Assembly: GCA_035063885.1 (NCBI GenBank)
Contig: JAPSFM010000002.1
Location: 56,727-120,726, forward strand
Direction: 5' to 3'
DNA: 64,000 nucleotides
Source: Bryobacterales bacterium
GTDB taxonomy: Bacteria > Acidobacteriota > Terriglobia > Bryobacterales > Bryobacteraceae
A program made the translations under genes and the position numbers. Of this stretch, positions 19,422-29,401 are shown one piece after another. The notes below the pieces were generated by a model, which made no database searches, was not told the DNA's origin, and saw nothing but the letters and a program-made list of their open reading frames with translations. Each line of letters begins with the position of its first letter. The first letter of the stretch is position 1.

Positions 19422-21722
19422 ATGCCCGCCAAACCCGCCGCGTTCGATGACAACGAACTGCTTCGCTATATCGGGCAGTTGCCGCATGGAAGAGCTACCT
19501 TCAAACAACTAGTGCGGGAACACTCCGCCCGGGGCGACAACCGCGGGAAATTGGAAGATGCGCTGGACCGCCTCACGGCCAGCGGCGCTCTGCTCGAATT
19601 GCGTTCACGGCACTACGTGTCGGTGAGTTCGAGCCGCGAATATGCAGCCGGACGCCTCAGGATGCACCGCGACGGCTATGGATTTCTGATCACAGACAAA
19701 CCGCTCGACTGGATCCGGGGCGATGTGTTTATTCCCGCGGAGTCCGCCCGGAAAGCGATGCACGGCGATCAGGTCGTTGTGCGCATTGGGCGCGTGGATC
19801 AGGAAGGACACGCGGAAGGCGAAATCGTACGCATTCTGCGGCGAGCGCACGCGACCGTCGTCGGAGAGTTCCGCGTCCGGCATCATGGCAACATCGTCGT
19901 GCCGCACGACGACCGCATTCAGCAATGGATCGAGATTCCAGAGGGACTCGAAATGCCGGCGGCGAGCATCACCGTGGACCGCATCGGCGTGGAACCGGTC
20001 ACAATAAAGGGCCCGGAAGACCTGGACGGCATGATCGTGAATGCCGAACTGCTGGACTATCCGGGGGACGGCGATCGGGCCGTGGGTCGCGTCATCGAAA
20101 TCCTCGGTCATCCGGATGACTTCGGCATCGATGTGGAAATTGTCATTCGCAAGCACCACATCCCGCACCAGTTTCCAACGGAAGTATTGCATCAGGCACA
20201 GCAGGTGCCCGCGGCGATTCGCCAGGAGGAGATCGCTTCCCGCCGTGATTTCAGGGATCTGGATATCGTGACCATCGATGGCGAGACCGCTCGCGATTTC
20301 GACGACGCGGTGTGGGTAGACCGCCTGCCTAAGGGCAATTTTGTCCTTCAGGTGCACATCGCCGACGTGAGTCACTATGTCCGCCCCGGTACGCCCATCG
20401 ACATCGAAGCCGCGCTTCGCGGCACGAGCGTCTACTTTCCCGACCGCGCGGTCCCCATGCTTCCGCTGGAGTTATCTACGGGAATCTGCTCGTTGAAACC
20501 CCGCTTGGACCGGTTGGTGCTCTCGGTGATTCTCGAGATCGACCACCGTGGCGACATCCTCCGCCAGGAATTCCATCGCGGAATCATCCGAAGCGTGGAA
20601 AGGATGACGTACGCTAATGTTCATCTCTTGCTCGAAGGGGATGCCGGGTTGCGCGAGCGCTACAAGCCCCTGGTGGAGCGATTTGAGCTGATGCAGGAAT
20701 TGGCTCTACTCCTGAACCGTAAGCGGGTCCGGCGGGGCTCCATCGATTTCGACATGCCGGAACCGTTAATCGAGTTCGACGAATGGGGGCACATGACCGG
20801 CATCGAGCAAGCTCCTCGCAACATCGCGCATCGCATCATCGAAGAGTTCATGCTGGCGGCCAACGAAGCCGTGGCCGGTCACTTGGAGAGCAGCGTGCCG
20901 GCGTCGCTCTACCGCATTCACGAACCCCCCGACCCGAAACGGGTGATGGATTTCGAGGAACTCGCAATGCACTTCGGCTATTCGCTAGGCGTGGCCGCAA
21001 TTCCCGTCAAGCGCTTCCCCGTAGTGGAGCGGAAGCGCGACGGGCGTAAGGTGCGAAAGGATATCGCGCTGCCCCAGCAGATGCGTATTTCGTCGCGAAA
21101 CTACCAGAAGCTGCTCGCGAGCATCGAAGGAAAACCAGAGGAGCGAATCCTTACCTACCTGATGCTGCGGTCGCTGAAGCAGGCGCGCTACAGCGAACAT
21201 AACAGCGGCCATTTCGCGCTGGCCGCGCCAACCTATACCCACTTCACTTCGCCTATCCGGCGCTATCCCGATCTGATTGTGCACCGCCTGCTTACGGCAA
21301 ACCTCGATCACCAGGAAACGGGAATCGATGAAACGGCGCTGCGCACAATCGCTCGCGACTCCTCCGAAAGCGAACGCCGCGCGGCGGATGCGGAACGCGA
21401 ACTGGTGGAATGGAAAAAGCTGAAATTCATGCTAGACCGCGTCGGGGAGGAATTCAATGCGCTCATCATCAGCACGGCGAAATTCGGTTTCTTCATCGAA
21501 CTGGAACAGCTTTTTGTCGAGGGGTTGGTGTTGATGGAGACACTGCCGGACGACCGCTATACGTATCAGGAAAATACACGCAAAATCGTCGGGCATCATA
21601 CACGGCGGCAGTTCTCCATTGGCGATAAGGTTCGTGTGATCCTCGACCGTGTGGATGAAATGGAAAAGAAGCTGCTCTTCTCGCTGGTTGAACCGGCACG
21701 CCGGAAGCGGCGGAAGAGATAG
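19422..21722 (+). CDS. rnr: Ribonuclease R
   Basis: 766 aa with an N-terminal HTH/cold-shock-like region, an RNB catalytic core (DGETARDFDDAVWV, HFTSPIRRYPDLIVHR), a C-terminal S1 domain (GFFIELEQLFVEGLV) and a basic tail (ARRKRRKR). Confidence 0.92.
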   Translation: MPAKPAAFDDNELLRYIGQLPHGRATFKQLVREHSARGDNRGKLEDALDRLTASGALLELRSRHYVSVSSSREYAAGRLRMHRDGYGFLITDKPLDWIRGDVFIPAESARKAMHGDQVVVRIGRVDQEGHAEGEIVRILRRAHATVVGEFRVRHHGNIVVPHDDRIQQWIEIPEGLEMPAASITVDRIGVEPVTIKGPEDLDGMIVNAELLDYPGDGDRAVGRVIEILGHPDDFGIDVEIVIRKHHIPHQFPTEVLHQAQQVPAAIRQEEIASRRDFRDLDIVTIDGETARDFDDAVWVDRLPKGNFVLQVHIADVSHYVRPGTPIDIEAALRGTSVYFPDRAVPMLPLELSTGICSLKPRLDRLVLSVILEIDHRGDILRQEFHRGIIRSVERMTYANVHLLLEGDAGLRERYKPLVERFELMQELALLLNRKRVRRGSIDFDMPEPLIEFDEWGHMTGIEQAPRNIAHRIIEEFMLAANEAVAGHLESSVPASLYRIHEPPDPKRVMDFEELAMHFGYSLGVAAIPVKRFPVVERKRDGRKVRKDIALPQQMRISSRNYQKLLASIEGKPEERILTYLMLRSLKQARYSEHNSGHFALAAPTYTHFTSPIRRYPDLIVHRLLTANLDHQETGIDETALRTIARDSSESERRAADAERELVEWKKLKFMLDRVGEEFNALIISTAKFGFFIELEQLFVEGLVLMETLPDDRYTYQENTRKIVGHHTRRQFSIGDKVRVILDRVDEMEKKLLFSLVEPARRKRRKR

Positions 21723-21784
21723 CAGCGGCCGCCCTGCATGTTACACTGAAATCTTCCATACTAGCCTTAAGGAAGCCTTTCCAG

Positions 21785-22699
21785 ATGAAGTATTGTGTCC
21801 TCCTGCTTTTTTACGTAGCTGCGGGTTTGTCCGCCCAGTCCGCCGCAAATACTCCGGCGGTGAAGCCGGATACGGTTGTTGCCACGGTCGATGGAAAGAA
21901 GGTGACCGCCGGTGAACTGGAGAAGTTCGTCAGTGCGCTTCCACCGCAAATGCAGCAAAATTTTCAAGCCAACCGCAAGGAATTCCTGCGGCAGTATGCC
22001 TTGTTGAAGCGGTTGTCCGACATGGCTGAGCAAAAGGGATTGCCACAGCAGAGTCCGTATAAAGAGCGGCTCGAAAGCGCCCGAATGCAAATGCTGGCTC
22101 AGGCACAGATCAATGATGCTTCCGACGGCGTAACTGTCACTCCGGAAGAGCAAAAAGCGTATTTCGAAAAAAACAGGGACCGTTTCACCCAGGCGAACGT
22201 CAAGGTGATCTATATTCCTTTCAGCGCCAATGCGGGCGCCCCTTCCGGCACGGATGGAAAGAAAACACGAACGGAAGCCGAAGCCCAGACGCGCGCTGAG
22301 GAAGTGGCAAAGAAGGCTCGTGGAGGAGAGGACTTCAAGGCTCTGGTGAAAGAATACTCGGAAGATGCAACCTCAGCGGAAAAGGGCGGCGACTTCGGCA
22401 CGATCAAGCGAACCGACTCCATCCCGGAGGAGATTAAAGCGGCTATTTTCACGGCCAAACCGGGCGAAATAGCCGGCCCACTGAAACAACCGAACGGTTT
22501 TTACGTCTTCCGCGTGGACGGGATTACGGAACAGCCGTACAACGCGGTGCAAAATGAGATTCAAACCAGCCTGCGTCAGGATAAGTTTCGGGAATGGCTC
22601 GAAGGCGTCAGGAAGTCCATCAACGTACAGTTCCACAACGAGACGTACTTCTCCACACAGGGCGCCGCCGCGGCGCCGGTCCCATCCCAGCAACCGTGA
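21785..22699 (+). CDS. Secreted peptidyl-prolyl isomerase (SurA/PrsA-like, parvulin domain)
   Basis: 304 aa with a signal peptide (MKYCVLLLFYVAAGLSAQS), a SurA-N-like helical region and a parvulin block (GGDFGTIKRTDSIPEEIKAAIFTAKPGEIAGPLKQPNGFYVFRV). Confidence 0.8.
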   Translation: MKYCVLLLFYVAAGLSAQSAANTPAVKPDTVVATVDGKKVTAGELEKFVSALPPQMQQNFQANRKEFLRQYALLKRLSDMAEQKGLPQQSPYKERLESARMQMLAQAQINDASDGVTVTPEEQKAYFEKNRDRFTQANVKVIYIPFSANAGAPSGTDGKKTRTEAEAQTRAEEVAKKARGGEDFKALVKEYSEDATSAEKGGDFGTIKRTDSIPEEIKAAIFTAKPGEIAGPLKQPNGFYVFRVDGITEQPYNAVQNEIQTSLRQDKFREWLEGVRKSINVQFHNETYFSTQGAAAAPVPSQQP

Positions 22700-23289
22700 G
22701 CGGAAGTGGAGTGGTGCGCTTTCAGCCGGCGCTGGCTAAACAGTCGCAGAGGCTGGTAAGCACCGCTTTGTCACGCCTGCCCCGGATCCAGGGCAAGCCG
22801 GTGATCTTCCACTTCCTGCCTGCCCTCACCTCCTGCCGGGGCAAGCTGCTGTCCGCTCAAGGCCGCGGAACGGAAATCCATGCCGCTTCCTTCATGCGCC
22901 AGCGCTTGACGGTTCTCGATCGCGACCTGCTGGCGCAGCCGCCGGAACTGGCGCGGATTCTCATTCATGAGCTCTTTCATTACTCCTGGATACGGCTGGG
23001 AAACAAGGCACGCTGGTCGTTTGAAGATCTGCTTCGAAGCGAAGCCGCCAGTAACGCCCGCGGCGAACTTGGCTGGTCCGCCTGGATACTGAAACGCTGT
23101 CTTTCGGCGCGGGACGTCCTCGAACGAACTCCGGCATGGCGCGCCTATGCCTGTGAGAGCTATTGCGATTCGGCCGCCTGCTTCTACTCTGGAATATCGT
23201 CGCATCCGGAATTCACCCTGGCCTCCCGTTTCCGCAAAATCCGGGTGCATTGGTTCTCGACCCAATTCAGCAGTGTAATCTCGATATAA
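22696..23289 (+). CDS. Hypothetical HExxH protein (putative small zinc metallopeptidase, SprT/DUF-like)
   Basis: The GTG at 22696 overlaps the upstream TGA stop (GTGA); the ORF-track version starts at 22594 inside the PPIase gene. Motif ILIHELFHYSW. Confidence 0.5.
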   Translation: MSGSGVVRFQPALAKQSQRLVSTALSRLPRIQGKPVIFHFLPALTSCRGKLLSAQGRGTEIHAASFMRQRLTVLDRDLLAQPPELARILIHELFHYSWIRLGNKARWSFEDLLRSEAASNARGELGWSAWILKRCLSARDVLERTPAWRAYACESYCDSAACFYSGISSHPEFTLASRFRKIRVHWFSTQFSSVISI

Positions 23290-23313
23290 TTGAGCAAGGA
23301 GTCCGCCACACCT

Positions 23314-23904
23314 ATGCTTTCCCGCAATGCCGCTGTTCTGGTCTTGTGTGCCGCGCTTTGGGCAAGTTCATGCTCACGACCGGCGCACGAGGTCAACGCC
23401 GCTTCCATGACCCCGGAAAAGGACCGGAAACCGGCGCCCGACTTCACACTGCGCGATGCCGGCGGCAGGCAGGTGAAGCTCTCCGATTACCGCGGCAAAG
23501 TCGTTTTGCTGAATTTCTGGGCGACGTGGTGTGCTCCATGCAGAATCGAAATCCCCTGGTTCATCGATTTCGAGCAGCGTTTCAAGGATCAGGGATTGGC
23601 GGTGCTCGGTGTCGCCATGGACGACGAAGGCTGGGATGTTGTGAAACCCTACCTCGCGGAAAAACGCGTGAATTACCGCGTGCTCATGGGGGATGAGGCT
23701 GTATCGGAAGCCTTCGGCGGCGTGGCCTCACTGCCGACAACGTTTATGATCGACCGCGAGGGCAGGATCGCTTCCGTGCATATTGGACTCGTAAGCAAGA
23801 GCGATTACGAAGATGAAATTGTTCAACTGGTCAAAAATGCCGCGCATTCCGGCGCTGTGCCTGTTACTGACGGCAACCGCAGTCTCGTTGCCCGGGCAGA
23901 CTAA
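23314..23904 (+). CDS. TlpA-family thiol:disulfide oxidoreductase (redoxin)
   Basis: WATWCAPC active site and a signal/lipoprotein-like N-terminus (MLSRNAAVLVLCAALWASSC). AAGGAG lies 12 nt upstream of ATG 23314; the ORF-track start is a TTG at 23290. Confidence 0.85.
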   Translation: MLSRNAAVLVLCAALWASSCSRPAHEVNAASMTPEKDRKPAPDFTLRDAGGRQVKLSDYRGKVVLLNFWATWCAPCRIEIPWFIDFEQRFKDQGLAVLGVAMDDEGWDVVKPYLAEKRVNYRVLMGDEAVSEAFGGVASLPTTFMIDREGRIASVHIGLVSKSDYEDEIVQLVKNAAHSGAVPVTDGNRSLVARAD

Positions 23905-24301
23905 TATTCTCAGCATCAAGACAGCTCCACGGGCGGTCTTAGAACGAAATGCGGTGAACACCGCAACGGTGACAGTCCAACTTCGGAACGGCTTCCACGT
24001 CAACAGCAACAAGCCGATGGACGACTACCTTATTCCGCTGCGTTTAACCTGGGAACCCGGGGGAGTTGAGGTGCTGGAGATCGTATACCCGGAGCCGCGC
24101 CTGGAGAAGTACGACTTTTCCGCCAAGCCCCTGTCGGTGTTTTCCGGCAGCTTCGATCTGATTACAAAACTCAAAGTTCCGGCAAACGCACAAACCGGCC
24201 CCGGCATGGTAGCAGGTAAGTTGCGCTATCAGGCCTGTACTGAAAAAATGTGCTTTCCGCCGAAGACTCTCGACGTCAAGATGCAGATCGAGATCAAGTA
24301 G
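23837..24301 (+). CDS. DsbD N-terminal-domain-like (DsbC/DsbD_N, thiol-disulfide interchange) secreted protein
   Basis: Signal peptide MPRIPALCLLLTATAVSLPGQ and C-terminal GKLRYQACTEKMCFPPKTL, typical of the DsbD alpha-domain family. Overlaps the tail of the TlpA gene by 68 nt if this start is used. Confidence 0.6.
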   Translation: MPRIPALCLLLTATAVSLPGQTNILSIKTAPRAVLERNAVNTATVTVQLRNGFHVNSNKPMDDYLIPLRLTWEPGGVEVLEIVYPEPRLEKYDFSAKPLSVFSGSFDLITKLKVPANAQTGPGMVAGKLRYQACTEKMCFPPKTLDVKMQIEIK

Positions 24302-24316
24302 CCGCCCCACGGCGGG

Positions 24317-25972
24317 TTACCGGTTTTGACTCGTCCGTTTCTTGCCGGCGCCCACAAGCACCATCCCCGGCCGCTGTCCTGTGTGGCGGCCCTTCTCCAG
24401 CACAACGGAGCCATTCACTACGACGTATTCGATGCCGGTGGAATACTGGTGTGGTTTTTCGAAGGTAGAGTGATCCACCACCGTTGCCGCGTCAAACACG
24501 GTGACATCCGCCCACATGCCCGGGCGTAGCAGGCCTCTATCGAACTGGCCGATCTTGTTTGCATTCGCCGACGTCATTTTGCGGATGGCTTCTTCGAGCG
24601 TCAAAACACGCTCCTCGCGGACATAACGCCCCAGCACGCGGGGGAATGTTCCGTAGTAGCGCGGATGCGGGTTGCCGCGAGCCAGTGGGCCTTCGGTTTT
24701 TACCGCCGTTCCATCGGAGCCAATGGAAACAAAAGGCTGGCGCAGTGCATATCGCATGTCCTCTTCGGAATGATGAAAGTAGACAGCCGGCACAGAGCCG
24801 CGATTCTGTTCCAGCAATTCAAAAAGAACATCGAGAGGCGGACGGCCAACCGTCTCGATCACCTCCTTCATGCGTCTGCCCTCGAAACGCTTGTAAGCCT
24901 CGTTCGACAGCGATACCAGTAGAATGCCGTCCCAGCCGCCGGTGGCGGTGTAGTGGTTGTACCAGTTGCTGCCCGGTATGCCGTTCAGAATTTCGCGCTC
25001 GATTCTCGGCCGCAGCTTGGGATCTTTCAAGCGTGCGATCATTGCCTTCGGCCCACCCTCATGGGCCCAGGGCGGCACAATGCTCGAGAGATTATTCTGT
25101 CCGGCACGGTAAGGGTATACGTTCGCCTGCACATCCTGGCCGCGCGATCTGGCAGCCTGAATAGTGGTTACCAGCTCGGGCATCTGCCCCCAAAGCTTGT
25201 GCTCGGCGATCTTCAGGTGAATGATGTCGACTGGCACCCCCGAGCGCCTTCCGATGTCGATAGCTTCGCTGACGGCTTCAAAAACACCGTTTCCCTCGGT
25301 ACGAATATGGGTGGAATAGATCCCTCCATACCGCGCCGCCTCCCTGCACATCGCGACCAGGGTGTCCGTGTCAATCCAAGACCCGGGAGGACCGCTCAGC
25401 GAACTTGACACACCTAGCGCTCCCTGTCGCATCGCCTCGTCCACCTGCGCGCGCATTTCAGAGAGTTCTTTCGATGTAGGGGGTCCCGCTCGCGGACCGC
25501 GCACGTACGTCCAGATCTGGCTCGATCCGACATAAGTGCCGACATTCGTGGAAATTCCCTGCCTCATGAGCCGGGCGAAGTATCCCGCGAAATCCTTCCA
25601 GTCCGCGCGATCCGGCTCCAGGACCTGTTTGCCTCCAAGGGGAGCAGCAGAGCCGCCTTCTCCCAGAATCATCGTGGTCACACCCTGGCGGATCATGCTC
25701 CCGGCATCGCCGTCTTCCACCAGCGTGTAGTCGGAATGATTATGGATGTCGATGAATCCCGGGGCGACAACCAGGCCCGACGCATCGATAACGCGTGAGG
25801 CGGACTTGTCCTTCAGCCACCCTACTGCCGCGATTTTGCGGTCCTTGATCCCTACATCCGCCTGGTAAGCACTGTTTCCGGTGCCATCGGCAACGCGCCC
25901 ACCGCGGATCAGCAGGTCGAAATCCGCCCCCGGCAGGAGAGCCGCCACCGTCAGAAATGTGACAAGTCTCAT
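24317..25972 (-). CDS. D-aminoacylase / N-acyl-D-amino-acid deacylase family amidohydrolase (secreted)
   Basis: HxH metal motif GFIDIHNHSD, and DLLIRGGRVADGTGN at the N-terminus. The likely start is MRLVTFLTVAALLPGA (25972); the ORF extends to 26011. Confidence 0.8.
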   Translation of the reverse strand: MRLVTFLTVAALLPGADFDLLIRGGRVADGTGNSAYQADVGIKDRKIAAVGWLKDKSASRVIDASGLVVAPGFIDIHNHSDYTLVEDGDAGSMIRQGVTTMILGEGGSAAPLGGKQVLEPDRADWKDFAGYFARLMRQGISTNVGTYVGSSQIWTYVRGPRAGPPTSKELSEMRAQVDEAMRQGALGVSSSLSGPPGSWIDTDTLVAMCREAARYGGIYSTHIRTEGNGVFEAVSEAIDIGRRSGVPVDIIHLKIAEHKLWGQMPELVTTIQAARSRGQDVQANVYPYRAGQNNLSSIVPPWAHEGGPKAMIARLKDPKLRPRIEREILNGIPGSNWYNHYTATGGWDGILLVSLSNEAYKRFEGRRMKEVIETVGRPPLDVLFELLEQNRGSVPAVYFHHSEEDMRYALRQPFVSIGSDGTAVKTEGPLARGNPHPRYYGTFPRVLGRYVREERVLTLEEAIRKMTSANANKIGQFDRGLLRPGMWADVTVFDAATVVDHSTFEKPHQYSTGIEYVVVNGSVVLEKGRHTGQRPGMVLVGAGKKRTSQNR

Positions 25973-26187
25973 AGATGCATCATAAGCTTCCATAGCTTCC
26001 ATGAGACTCACCAGTGGCAGTGGAGTGCGGCGGCGACGGAGCGGGAGCCGCCTTCACATAGGTGAACTGCTGGAGTCAGGCCCGCAGGGCGCCGCCCGGT
26101 TCCGCCAACCGCTCGCCTGAGTCCGCGGCGCTGCCACAAGTCCGTACGCAACTCTTCCTGTGCCGCAGCTTTGATACAGTAGCAGGT

Positions 26188-27150
26188 TTGAGGCTGGCGC
26201 TGATCGGATACGGAAACGTCGGGCGCGCCTTCGCCCGCCTTTTGGACCGGAAAAAGTCCCAATTCCCTTTTCGGATCGTCGCGATCCACACTCTTCGGCA
26301 CGGCAGTGCATTCGATACACACGGATTGCCGCAGGAACCTGCTTTCGGCCCGCCCGCTCAATCCATCGAGGAGTTCTTGGACCGCGCCACTGCCGAAATC
26401 GTCGTCGAAGTCACGTCCTTGAATCCGGCCACCGGGGAGCCGGCTATTTCACATATCCGGGCCGCCTTCGCCCGCCGGGTGCACGTCATCACAGCCAATA
26501 AGGGCCCCATCGCACACTGTTATGCCTCGCTTCGCACGGAAGCGGCAAACGCGGGTGTGATGTTCCGTTTCGAATCCACGTGCATGGATGGCGCTCCGGT
26601 GTTCAACCTGGTTCGCGATCATTTGCCGGGCGTTCGGGTGCTCGGCTTCACCGGCGTGCTGAACTCGACCAGCAAAGTGGTGGTCGAAGTGATGCGGCAG
26701 GGCGGATCTTTCCAGGACGGCATTGAGCAGGCCCGCCGGATGGGTATCGCCGAGACCGATGTCTCTTATGACATTGACGGCTGGGACTCGGCGGCAAAAA
26801 CCGCTGCACTCGCCAATGTGTTGCTCGACGCTCGCATGACTCCGCTCGACGTGGAGCGGAAAGGAATCGGGCGGCTCACGACGGACCGTGTGCAGGAGTT
26901 GGCGGCGAAGCGAAAGACCGTTTCCCTGGTGAGCCGGGCACGCCTTGTAAACGGCGGCGTCCGTCTTCGAGTGCGGGCGGAGGTTCTCGACGATACGGAC
27001 CTTCTCGCGTCCGTGAAAGGTACCTCAAACCTGCTACTGATTGAAACCGATCTGATGGGAACCGTTGGGACGGTCTCGATTTCCCCCGGTGTGGATCAGA
27101 CGGCATACGGTATCTTCAGCGACCTGGTTGATATTGCACGTTGTCTCTGA
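26188..27150 (+). CDS. hom: Homoserine dehydrogenase (short form, no ACT domain)
   Basis: Rossmann motif LALIGYGNVGRAFARLL and catalytic-domain block HVITANKGPIA. Homology begins at the TTG at 26188; the ORF-track start at 26062 adds an unlikely R/P/S-rich extension. Confidence 0.7.
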   Translation: MRLALIGYGNVGRAFARLLDRKKSQFPFRIVAIHTLRHGSAFDTHGLPQEPAFGPPAQSIEEFLDRATAEIVVEVTSLNPATGEPAISHIRAAFARRVHVITANKGPIAHCYASLRTEAANAGVMFRFESTCMDGAPVFNLVRDHLPGVRVLGFTGVLNSTSKVVVEVMRQGGSFQDGIEQARRMGIAETDVSYDIDGWDSAAKTAALANVLLDARMTPLDVERKGIGRLTTDRVQELAAKRKTVSLVSRARLVNGGVRLRVRAEVLDDTDLLASVKGTSNLLLIETDLMGTVGTVSISPGVDQTAYGIFSDLVDIARCL

Positions 27151-27247
27151 TTTTCCGCACGGATCTACCGCCAAGGTCGTCGCGATCGGGCAACGGAGGC
27201 GGGATCTTCCGCATCTAACTCTATGAGCGTGATAGACTGGTTCTGAT

Positions 27248-27604
27248 GTGGAGTGCTGGGTGTCTGGCCTGAAAAGATTCGTTCTTTGGGACTATCCACG
27301 GGCTGGTTGGCAGTATGACTTGATGGTTGGTCTCATACTGGCCTTTATTTTTCTTACACCACGCGGATGGTTTCGCGATCAACCCAGAGCAAGCAGCATC
27401 GTAATGCTTCCCGACGAGCATGGCGCGAAGGTTTTCTGGATGGAAGCTGATTTGCTTAATCAAGTTCCGGATGCCGAGCGCGAGGTGGCGGCTCAACGTT
27501 TGGTGCGGCGCCGCTACCGTGAGCAACTCAGTCTGGTGCGCCTGGAGCCGATTTTCGACTCCGAGAAAGAGATCAAGGGTTACATGGTATATACCAAGCC
27601 TTGA
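27248..27604 (+). CDS. Hypothetical small membrane-anchored protein
   Basis: 118-aa ORF with one TM segment (YDLMVGLILAFIFLTP). Its stop overlaps the start of the next gene (TTGA). Confidence 0.5.
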   Translation: MECWVSGLKRFVLWDYPRAGWQYDLMVGLILAFIFLTPRGWFRDQPRASSIVMLPDEHGAKVFWMEADLLNQVPDAEREVAAQRLVRRRYREQLSLVRLEPIFDSEKEIKGYMVYTKP

Positions 27605-28311
27605 TCAGTCGCAGGGGGCAGTTTCCATCAATGATTCGCGCGGTTAGCATACTCCTTCTGTTTGCCGGTGGCTTGTTTCCCTCCGCGGCGCCTACGCTCG
27701 AGAGCGCTCTCGCCTTGCTGGACTCGGCGGGACGATCCTTCCGCTCGATGTCGGGCGAAATGAAGAAGGTAACGCACACGGCAATTCTCAATGACGACAG
27801 TACCGAGAGTGGAACTGTCCGGGTGAAGCAAACCGGCTCCAAAGGTCTCACTATGCTGATCGAGGTCCGCGAACCGGATCCGAAGGCTTACGCCTTTGAG
27901 GGAAAGAAAGCTGAGATCTACTACCCGAAGATGAAGACGGTTCAGATCTACGACCTCGGAAAGCATTCCAATCTCGTGGACCAGTTCCTGCTACTGGGCT
28001 TCGGAACTTCGGCTTCCGAACTGCAGAAGAGCTACACGCTAAGACTCGCCGGCAAGGAGCGTGTGGCAGGCATCGAAACAACTCGGCTTGAATTGGTTCC
28101 GAAGTCCGCAAAGACACGTGAACACCTCAGCCAGGCCGAACTTTGGATCAGTACGGCTGACGGCAGAACCGTTCAGCAGAAATTTACAGAACCTTCGGGA
28201 GACTACCGGCTGATCACTTATACCCAAACCAAATGGAATCCCAATCTAAGTGACTCCGATGTTAAGCTCAACCTGCCGAAGGACGTTAAGCGGGAATATC
28301 CGCAGAAATAA
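27601..28311 (+). CDS. LolA-like outer-membrane lipoprotein carrier/sorting protein
   Basis: 236 aa with a signal peptide (MIRAVSILLLFAGGLFPSAAP). Has the layout typical of LolA-fold proteins (ALALLDSAGRSFRSMSGEMKKV...LELVPKS...ELWIS). An alternative start is ATG 27631. Confidence 0.65.
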   Translation: MISRRGQFPSMIRAVSILLLFAGGLFPSAAPTLESALALLDSAGRSFRSMSGEMKKVTHTAILNDDSTESGTVRVKQTGSKGLTMLIEVREPDPKAYAFEGKKAEIYYPKMKTVQIYDLGKHSNLVDQFLLLGFGTSASELQKSYTLRLAGKERVAGIETTRLELVPKSAKTREHLSQAELWISTADGRTVQQKFTEPSGDYRLITYTQTKWNPNLSDSDVKLNLPKDVKREYPQK

Positions 28312-29399
28312 TGAGTTCCGAACTACCTCAGAAAAAACGGCTGCCTTATCTCGATTGGGCCCGCGGATTCGCAGCCGTCATCATGCTTCAGGGCCATGTT
28401 TTTCATTCCTTTACCAGCACTGAGTTGCGTTCAGGACCTGCCTACGTCCTCTCGCAATTCATCGGTGGGTTTGTTCCAGCTCTCTTTCTCTTCCTGACAG
28501 GCATCACCCTTGGCTTCATGATGGTGAGCCGTGAGCGAAAAGGGGAGACCTCCTCCAGGCGGGTCTGGTATGCCGCGAAGCGGGGAGCCTATCTGCTTGG
28601 ATTGGCTTTTCTGTTCCGGTTACAGCTTTGGGTTTTCGCTTGGCCGGGAAGCCCCTGGACCGATCTGTTCAAAGTGGACATTTTGAACCTGATGGGTGCC
28701 GGGATCATTGTGATGTCGGTGATGGCTGTATTTTCGACGGCGGAGCGTGTCCGGCTATGCGGCATCCTGGGCGCAGCTATAGCGTTTGTCTCCCCCTTTG
28801 TGTCGCAGTTGGATTGGAGCCAGGCTCCCGCTCTTGTGAAGCATTACATTGCACCGGATTACAACTACTTCAGCTTCTTCCCATGGGCTTCGTTTCTTGC
28901 GTTCGGCATCAGTGGGGGCAGCCTGCTCCGGCTGGCCAAGAGCGAGGACATGAACCGGCTGATGCAGTGGGCGGTGCTGTTGGGACTGGTGCTCATAACC
29001 GCCAGCAGCTATTTTTCCCAGTTTCCATACTCGCTGTATTCCCAATCCGAGTACTGGCTGAACAGCCCATGGCTACAGTTCAACAAACTTGGGGTGATCC
29101 TCTTCACCATGGCTTTCGCGTATCTGTGGACCGCTCATGCGACACGGGGATGGAGTTGGGTTCAACAGTTCGGTATGACTTCGTTACTGGTCTATTGGGT
29201 ACATATAGAGTTGGTGTACGGGCGCTGGTTCGGTGCGTTTCACACGAAGCTGAATGTGGCCCAAACATTAGCCGTCGCAGTTGTGGTAATCCTGCTGATG
29301 CTTGGACTTTCAGTGCTTCGCACAAACTGGAAGAACTGGAAGACGATGATGCCATGGGCCGGATTCCGGATCTCTCTCGAAAGGGCATCCGGCGACTAA
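28311..29399 (+). CDS. DUF1624 / heparan-alpha-glucosaminide N-acetyltransferase-like integral membrane acyltransferase
   Basis: 362 aa and polytopic. N-terminal KRLPYLDWARGFAAVIMLQGHVF is characteristic of the family. TAATG overlap with the upstream gene. Confidence 0.7.
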   Translation: MSSELPQKKRLPYLDWARGFAAVIMLQGHVFHSFTSTELRSGPAYVLSQFIGGFVPALFLFLTGITLGFMMVSRERKGETSSRRVWYAAKRGAYLLGLAFLFRLQLWVFAWPGSPWTDLFKVDILNLMGAGIIVMSVMAVFSTAERVRLCGILGAAIAFVSPFVSQLDWSQAPALVKHYIAPDYNYFSFFPWASFLAFGISGGSLLRLAKSEDMNRLMQWAVLLGLVLITASSYFSQFPYSLYSQSEYWLNSPWLQFNKLGVILFTMAFAYLWTAHATRGWSWVQQFGMTSLLVYWVHIELVYGRWFGAFHTKLNVAQTLAVAVVVILLMLGLSVLRTNWKNWKTMMPWAGFRISLERASGD

Positions 29400-29401
29400 C
29401 A

